The notes below the pieces were generated by a model that saw nothing but the letters and a program-made list of their open reading frames with translations, made no database searches and was not told where the DNA came from. The position numbers and the translations under genes were made by a program. A stretch of DNA of 60,777 nucleotides, the filler included, from Piptocephalis cylindrospora (taxonomy: Eukaryota): assembly GCA_003614145.1 (NCBI GenBank). It is 4 parts of 4 records of this genome, joined end to end, with 100 filler letters (N's around TTAATTAATTAA, not from the genome) between each part and the next. Parts side by side here need not be neighbours in the genome. Positions count along the whole stretch, not along the records: positions 45,845 to 60,777 come from KZ987908.1; 3 more parts are not named here. One strand, 5' to 3'. Below, in pieces: positions 52,575 through 60,777 of this stretch; positions within the stretch are counted from its first letter, which is position 1; the number at the start of each line of letters is the position of its first letter.

Positions 52575-53658
52575 ATGCTTCGCCTTAGCCTTTTTTCCCT
52601 TGTGCGCCGCGCCCCATCCCGCCTGGTCGCAGCACCCAAGGCCAGATTCAGCTCATGGACCTCACCTCAGCAGTCTTGGTGGAGTCGCCACCCCATTCTA
52701 TCTACTCTGGGTGGCGTGACCTTGGGCTCTGCCCTGTACGTTGGCTACCAGTATCAACAACGCGTCCTCGTTTACCCCTCGGCCGTCCGTGCCCACCTGC
52801 GCCGAGGCCTTTTTGCTTGCCAAAAGGGCGATTTTCTTAGTGCTCAGGAACCCTTTGCCAAGGCCTATGCTGAGGCTCGAGCATCTCCCTCCCTGACCCA
52901 GGATGGTCAGGCTATGTTGGGCCTCGTCGCTCGCTACATCGATGTCCTAGAGGCCGTCAATGATACCGATACCGCTATTCGCGTCCTCCAAGATACTTTC
53001 TCCACCCTTCTTCATCCACCCTTCTCCTCCTCCTCTTCTCCTATCCCTCCTAAGACCCTTTCAACTCCAAAAATCACTATAGATCTTGCTGTACGACTAG
53101 CTGATCTCCTTGAGGATACCGGTGATACCGAAGGATGTGCCAGGGCCCTTCTATGGTCCTTGTTCCATATGCTCTCCAAGGCCCCTCAGGCCATGCAACC
53201 ACCCTCGTTTGGCTCAATCCCGGATATGCGTAAAGCCATGGCCGATTGGTCGTCCGTGGAGGATGTAGCTGCTGTTATGGAACGCCTGGCCCGACTCTAC
53301 TTTGTCCAGGGCCGCATTGACGCTTCCTTGGGCCTCTATCGTCGTCTTTTGCCCCTTCTCCCCGAATCTCAAGTCTGTGAACGGTCCACCATCCTCATCG
53401 CCATCTCTGGTCTGACTCTACAAAAAGGTGACCCCCATGCTGCCCGCGTCCTCCTCCGTCAATTGAATCCCACCCTCCTCAAACACCAATGCTCCGATGT
53501 ATGGGAATCCATGGCGCACACTAGTGAGGTCATTAATCAGGTAATGGGTTCTGTATGGGCTTACTATTGCTATTATATGCTTCCATCTCATCTTTTCCTA
53601 CATCTAGGCCGAACAAGGCGAATCGTCATCACACGAGACAAGGGATCTGATGAAATAG
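52575..53658 (+). CDS. Mitochondrial membrane-anchored TPR-like protein (Mgr3-like)
   Basis: Arg-rich presequence, transmembrane helix, YPSAVRAHLRRGL and TPR-like MERLARLYFVQGRIDASLGLYRR. Probable terminal intron ~53541-53607. Confidence 0.55.
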
Positions 53659-53770
53659 AATATTATCCATATGTGTGTATACTTGGCCTACCTATATTCA
53701 TGCCTCCACATCCTCCTATCCACGTCCATACCCATACACACGCTTCCCCCCTCCCCTTCCCCCTCTCTTT

Positions 53771-54947
53771 TTACTCCGTAGAGGCCAAACGGATGGTGGA
53801 GAGCTCCCGTTGAACATAATCCCCACACCGCATCGCTGGGTACTTCTCTGGGTCCTCCGGAAAGGTTGGGGGAATTGGAGCTAGAAGCTCGTCCGAAGCT
53901 GTGTGGAGGAAGAATGTGGAGCTGACCCTCCATACCGGAGCGTCAGGATTGGGGGTTTGTGCCTTAGTCTTTTCTACTGCCTCCAGGGTCCCGGGAAGGA
54001 TGACTACCTCATGGTATCCAGCCCGAATGGCCCCTCCTGTCAGCCACTCCAGCTGCTTCCCTGCCTGGACGAGGAGGCAGCCCGGGGGAACACGTGGGGC
54101 CAAGCGTTTCCCCGTATTTCGCGCCCAGATATGCAGACCAGGATATCGACTACGCCCATGTAGTGTCAGGAGATTAAGATCGTAGTGGAAACCTGCTAAC
54201 ACCCTTCCAACCCGTTCTTCCCCTGTCGTGAGATCCGAGCCTGTTGGGGCCAGCAGGTGGGGGCCTCCCTTGACCATAGAAGCCAGAGATTCCTCATGGG
54301 GTAGACCGAGTCCTAGGGCCAGGGCCCGCGTTAGAGAGATTCCCGCATCATGCAAGGCTCCACCCCAAGAATTCATCGTCTTTTTCCACTTGACCTCATC
54401 CTGACTTTCAGGAACGACGGGTGGGGCATTCAAGGCTGGAAACTGCGTGGAAGGTCGGGTTTCTCCAATCCTCCAAAAGAACCTCCATTTTGGATCTGGC
54501 CCCGTGGCTGTCTCTGGCCGTTCCCCCTCCTCCAACTGGGAAATGACGCGTTGGCACGTCTCATCCGATCGGCACTTGGGGTCCTCCCTTCCTCCGGGTG
54601 TCACTCCGACCTGGTAATGGAGCTCAGGGCGCGCATCCTTGAGTTTGGTTTCATAGGGCTGAGCAAAGTAATCTTCCAGCATATCCAAAAATTGTTCATT
54701 CAACCCCTCAGGAATCCGCGGGTCTTTGAGGGCCAAAGCTCCATACGTTTTTAGGGCCTCTGCAGCCTAGAGAAAGGGAGAGCGAGAGAAAGAGAGAGGA
54801 TATTGGGCAAGGATGAGTAGCTGGGAGGGGGGAGAAGGGAAAAAGCGGACCGTCTTTTACCTTGGTGGCTTCGGCTTGAGCCGCCGATGAGGTGGAATCT
54901 TCGAGAAGGGGGCTGAGATCAATTACGGGAAGTTGCATTGGTGGCAT
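53771..54947 (-). CDS. 2-oxoglutarate/Fe(II) dioxygenase (isopenicillin N synthase-like fold)
   Basis: LPVIDL N-terminus, HYD (HxD), distal His in GYHEVV, RVS 2OG-binding motif, LLVQAGKQLEWLTGG; one intron near the 5' end. Confidence 0.9.
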
Positions 54948-55637
54948 GATGTTTGATGGTTGACTATGTGAGTGAGAAGGAGTGAAGGAAGGGGTGGAGA
55001 GGAACCTTGCTTCCCTAGCCAATCTGTTGTGACTTGGTCTTTATAGGCTTCCCCTTCCTCCCCCCGGATATGGCGGAGATGACACACAATGAGAGGAGGG
55101 GGTCAAATCATTGTTGTTAGTCAGACGAGTGCATCACCCCAGAGAGACGCATTCAAATGATGTGTGATATACGCAGAATTGCTGTTCAAGGTGGGTCAGG
55201 TGATTATCCGAGTCTGCATAGGCATACATCTCATCCCGATTTCATGACCTTGCCTAGCCTTGTAAAGTTTAAGATGAGGGCGAAAGGGCCATTACTCACT
55301 TCCAGATACAGACACATATTCACACACACAGCCAACGGTTTGTAACAACTTACCCTGTCGCGTCAACAACGCCACTGGGCGCGGAGTGAGTTTGGCCTGA
55401 CGCGAACTTTCGCGATTTTTTAGGTCACCCATTGACAAAGGGTGGTACAAGTCTCAAGAATAGTGTCTATCTTCTTTGCTGTACTCTCTTCCCCAGCCCT
55501 CTTCTCTGCTTCTCCCTCCTATCTCATGCCGAAGGACTCTCACTCCATCTTGGAAGCCTCAGAGACCAAGGAGGAGGGCATTGGCCAGATTCTCCAGACT
55601 GCCCCTCTCTTTCCTCCTCTTCCGGCACGCGAAGGTA

Positions 55638-58600
55638 TGAGCAATACGCCAGCTTCTACTAGTCTGAGCTCGGGGAGCCTCCTTAATTTCCCATGGAGAG
55701 GGTTATAACCACCTTTCAAGGCCCACGGGAAGAGCTTTATCCTTTCCAAATCACTCACGTTTCCCATCCTTCTAGTGATCAACGACCTTCTCCGACCTTG
55801 TATTCCTCTGAATTCGAACCCCTTTCCCAATCTTCCTACCTCAGACCGACATGCTTCAGACATCAATTTGCTTCCTTCCACGGATGAGCTAGAGCAGGAA
55901 TGGGAGGTATTGACTTATGTTGCCTCCACTTGTCCCATCTCTCTTGCTTCCTTTGTGTAAGTATCGAGATGATGCAAGGTCATGACTTTGCCTGTATCCC
56001 TTTACTTAACCCACTTATCCCCTTCTCTAGGGAATTTACAAATATGGACAGTACGGGGCCCAAGGACAACGAAGATCCAGAGTGCTGCAAGCAGCTTCTC
56101 TCTCCTCGTACCCGCCGGCTCCTTTCCCTTACCCATCCATCCTGGGAGGAGGAAACGGATAGCGTGATTAAAAGGGAATCTTCTTCCCCTTGTCCTATAT
56201 CTGAGCCATTTCCCTGGGTAAATCCCCATCTTGATGACGAAACAGATCGGTATAATTCCATCCCCACCCCTCCTCCTCTCCCTCCTTCGATGACTATGGA
56301 TTCGGCTTCTTTTATCCCATTGGATTCTTCATTTACTCCTCCTCCCGCTTCCTCTTCCCCGGATTTTCAGTTGCAAGAGCGGTCACCTACTTTGCCGGCC
56401 CCTTCATCACAACCACGACCACGGTCATCCACGCCCCACTATCCCTCCTCATCCTCGATGCTCGATCCTTCAGCGGTGTCCCCTCATCCATCTACCCCGC
56501 CCAACTATTTCATTCCTGAGGTCGTCATTCCTAGGAAGAGGAGTTTGGAGGAGAATATGCTCATTAGATTCAATTCTCCGAGAAAGTCCTTTACTTCTCC
56601 TTCTACCCTTTCCTCCCCCTCTTCCATCTCTTCTTCCTCACCTATTCGGCCTTTAGGGGACCCCTTAATCACTCCTACAAAGGTCATTTCAAGTCGGCAC
56701 CTTATCGACCCCCTTCCCCGTCTCACGCCGCTTCAGGAGCGTGGAGAAGAGGAGAAAAAGAGAGATAGCCAGGCTGTCAACGCCATGATAGACTGGATTG
56801 ACCGAGTTCTCACAGATCACTCCCAGATTACCTCAGCTACTCATCAAGAGGAGAAGGACTTGCTTATGAACCAAGCAGGAAATTTCAGTCCTCCATCTAT
56901 CGCTATCCTTAGATTATTTCCTCCGCTCTATCGCGCAATTCTCTCCCGGCCTTCTCCTCCATGGAAGAGGGTTGGAATCATCAGATGGCAGGGGCTTGTT
57001 CATCTTCTTGACCGATCTGCTCTTCATCTTTCCACTCAACTTACCCTTGAATCCGACATTGTTTCATCCTCCTCCTTGCCTTTCCAAGCAAAAGACCTTA
57101 CTCATCATGCTATCCTCCTTACTCATTGTCTCATCCTCGTCATGCAAATTGATATGTCACATTGTACTGGAGAGGAAAGCGCGGAGGATGAGGAGGAGAT
57201 GCCTTTGGATGGTGATGAAGACTATGCTCGATACTCGAGACCTTCTCCAATTGTTCAGGTCAGTTCTGAATACCTTATCCTTATCTTTTCCCGCCTTCAC
57301 TTCGTTAATCTCTTTTGTCTTGCCCAATTCGTAGTTGTACTCGGAGGAAATTCTCACCCGTACTCTTCTTCTACTTCGGTGTGTTCTCGATCAGGCCAAA
57401 GGTTCTCAGCTTCTTCCTTCAAGTCCAAATCATCTAGAGGGGGATGAAGCCGAGGTGTGGGTCTGGCTAGGGGAAGTATGGAGCGGCATGGGCCGTGTCC
57501 TCTCCTCCCCCTTACCACACCCTCATGCTCCTGTTCCTGGGCGTAGGATGAACTAAATCCCCATCTCTCATAGCCCCATACTTCTCCCCACCCCAACCAC
57601 TGATAACCTGTCTTCCTCCTTTTCCCCCTCTGATCCTGCTAAAAGCAAGACCGTCTCCGAGACTACCCTTACCACCCTCACCTATCTCTGTGTGTCTTAT
57701 TTGGAAAAGACGGGGTTCTATTCCTCGGCCACTCGTGGAAGAGGCAGGAGGACGGGAACCCGGGAGGGCCTTGTCAACGTTCTTTCAAGGGTCATGACCT
57801 CCTGTCCGGATCATCGAGAGTGGATCCTCACCGAGGTCGTTTCCCTTCTCCGAAATCAACTTTCTCTCCATGTATCACTGGAGGAAGCGGGGAAAAATCA
57901 TGAGGATGACGAGGAGGAGAAGGATGTGGAGGATGGGGATGGGATTGAAGGAGGAAGAGAGGAGATGCTTCACCCTAAAGCCCTTCGTGAAGAACGAGCC
58001 TCCATGGGTCAGGTGGGGGCAAGAATCCTCCTTAGTCTGCTCCAAGCGTGTGAAGATGGTATGATGGTTTGGTCTGGATGGTTCTTTACTTGGTTATCTC
58101 AACGGTCCTCCGAGGCTAAAGCCTCCCGGTTAGCCGGTGAAGATTGGGATGCTTTGGGCGCTCTGGTGGTTCGGGAAGCTTGTCGTCTCGTTGATGACGT
58201 GACATGGCCCATTGCCTCCACCATCCAAGAGGTCCTCTTACTTCTTACCCCATCTTTACCAGGGAGAGATCAGGTGGCTTGGTCTGGTCAAATTCTCCTC
58301 TCCCTTCTTCATGCTAGGGCCCAAGCGAGGCCCGATCAAGATGATGTTAATTTGCCATCAGTGGACCTGGAATGGCCAAGATGGTTAAGGGGGATCAAAG
58401 ATCAGTATGGCATGTCCCTTGCCCTTTCCTGGATTGCTCATCAAGTATCCAAGGATCGGCAGGCCTATTTAGATACTCAAACTCAGCAATTAAAAACCGA
58501 AGAAATGGATGATGAGGAGGAAAATTCTTGGGATGCTGGATCTCGATGGGAAATATATCTCAAGAACTTGGAGGATGAAGAAGAAAAGGACGACGAGGGA

Positions 58601-60777
58601 ATTACTCACCTTATTACCCTTCCTCATCCCTCTCATTTCCTTCCCCATACTCGGGAAAGGGATCTTCTCCGTGTCATCTACTATTTATCCTCCTCTCTTC
58701 TCTCTGGCTCCTTCCCCGGAGGTGTCACCGATCGGGCAAGAGCCACAAGGTTACTTGGAAGGTTGGGCCCGGGCCTACTAGCGTGGCTTGAATTTCTCGG
58801 GCCCGAGAGGGACGCGAAAAAGGAGGAATCTGTGCAATCCCTTCACTCCATCCTTGCCATAGGGGTGCGAAGGTTAGTGGATGCCTTGATGCACCGATAC
58901 TCGGATACCTCAGCATCCATCCGGGAGGCCGCAGTACATGCCCTCGGCAAGATGTGTCTCATGGCTCGGTCTAGGTCCCGATGTCTTGATCGAGGGATTT
59001 GGAGGCTTCTACGAACTGGAATGTACCCTCTTCTTACCCAGAGGTCCCAGGATCCCTCGGTCAGTGTCCGTCGAAGGCTAGTGGAATTTCTCCGCCAATT
59101 CTATCTTTTAGAAGAGGACCGAGTAAGGGAGGAGAGTCAAGGACGAGGAGCTCAGCTCGGATCCTCATCATCCTCCACTTCTGCCTTGCTGGCTCATGTT
59201 TCTGGGACCATCCTTAGGGTCATTGCTCATGATGAAGATGCTGGGGTGAAGGTGGGTTTATTTGGGAGATCCAAAGGGTCAGTTTCCTCCGCTTCCAACT
59301 CATTTCCTTCCATTTTATTATAGACCATGGCGTGTAGAGCCCTGATGGGTTTATGGTTTGGACCGGACAGGTCGAGTGAGGGCACTACTTCTTTCCATCC
59401 CATGGTTATTCAAGCCAGAGTTAATATCCTACTTGGCGTGGCCAAGGGAGGCGTGCACGAATCAAGTCGAGACCTCATGTCTTCCCTCTCTGAGGTACAT
59501 GTCTATGCACTTAAGCGAAATGGGTCATGTCATTCATATTCTCTCCTTCTAGGTTATTCTACGGTTAGTTAAAAAGGATGATAATCCCGGGACCATCAGG
59601 ACAAAGGGGGATAGTACGGGAGTAAGGATGGCCAAAGATGTGATGAGTCGAGTGATCGAGGCCCTCTTGGAGGCCGAAGAAACCGAAGACAATGAGGAAA
59701 ACCAACAGGATAGAGTAAGCCATGCAAAGGTGCCGCTTGATTCTCATGGTGAGATAGTAATGCTTTTCCTAACCTATTTTGCCTTTATCCAAAAATACCG
59801 AAAAGGTCCTACAATGCTGCTGGGTCTTGGCGTGCTTTGCAAGGGCTGCTCCCCATCTCTTGGTCAAGCATATCCGTATCATGGAACCCTACTTGGTGTA
59901 CGATACTGGGGTGAGTTTCTCTTTTCCCTAAAGCTTCTTTTGCGTATTGCTCCGGCTAACCACCATTGATTTAATTACTACTTATGGATCTCCTAGGATG
60001 TGGGGGAACAAAGGATTCAGCAAGCTGTCCTTTCCCTTTACCTAGATGTACTATCTCTCTTGCAAGGAGAAGATCTTATTCTTGAATGGTTGCATGGTCA
60101 ATTACTTAGGCTGATCAATGTTTGCTCCTCTACGGTATGAAACATATATTCCGAGTGGAGGGTGCGATGGATAAATTACCCCGCCTTCAAAAATAACTTT
60201 TTCTCTTCATCTCAACAGGTCCTGCCCGGGGCAGTGGCGTGTATGTGTCGTGTCTCTTCCATGATTAAGCCTTCTCAGCCTGTTATTATCCTTCAATCTT
60301 CCATTGGTACGTCATTTTATGGCGATGTAGCATTCTGTTCCCGTGAACTGATATCCCACCCCCTCTCCTTTACCTTCTGCAGCTAAGCTTCAAGAAATAA
60401 TCAAGGGCCCTTACATGGGTATGAATTTATCCGCTCAGAAATTGATGGTGAGGATGATGCTAGTAGCGGGCTTGCTAGCTAAAAATGCCTGGAGGTATTC
60501 GGTGACGAGGGAATGGGCCAGGAAGGATCATGAGTCCCATCTGCATGGTATATTCCTTGTTATTCTCTCCTCTTCTTCTTATCCTATGTTGGTCCGGGAA
60601 TATGCTTTGCAAGCCCTGGGTGAGTAAAGGAAATAGGGGAGAGCCGTAATTAAAAGCCACATCTCAAACTCCCTACTGATATACCGGTCATTAGGGTACC
60701 TCTGTGCTGGGTTCCCGAGGCTATTGATCCAGCCCAAGATGCAGAATTTGATGAAAGAGGTCTTTGACTCCGGTCAA
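55638..60777 (+). CDS. Cohesin loader Scc2/NIPBL (Mis4)-like HEAT protein, divergent, runs off the window end
   Basis: Pro/Ser-rich N-terminus, then HREWILTEV, DTSASIREAAVHALGK, RSQDPSVSVRRRLVEFLRQFY, DEDAGVK, VLPGAVACMC and ALQALGYLC, in the order expected for Scc2 HEAT repeats. Start is uncertain. Confidence 0.75.

Overview
Eukaryotic, intron-rich, gene-dense fungal DNA; an early-diverging lineage such as Zoopagomycota/Mucoromycota is inferred from gene content and divergence. The window is four separate ~15 kb contigs joined by artificial 100-nt N/TTAATTAATTAA/N linkers, so nothing is syntenic across 15258-15357, 30605-30704 or 45745-45844. Most genes are housekeeping: GUF1, a SNAPC4-like Myb protein, RIT1, ELP1, Scc3/STAG, AFG2, a truncated RSA4, a DUF2423 protein, a Ran1-like kinase, a scramblase 3' end, POS5, PFA4, eIF2D, an M14 carboxypeptidase 5' end, RPN9, a START-domain protein, an Mgr3-like protein, a 2OG-Fe(II) oxygenase and Scc2/NIPBL. 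The most notable signal is a tRNA-Arg(CCU)-headed SINE-like retroposon family. One full copy (14272-14494) is flanked by a perfect 18-bp direct repeat. A 5'-truncated copy on another contig (47879-47938) has its own 15-bp repeat. A diverged tandem copy shows compensatory base changes in a multi-stem RNA fold. Also notable are a decayed RNase H-bearing non-LTR retroelement (~34300-35370) and an adjacent ~800-aa orphan gene whose motif order resembles Rep_trans-type rolling-circle initiators (unverified).
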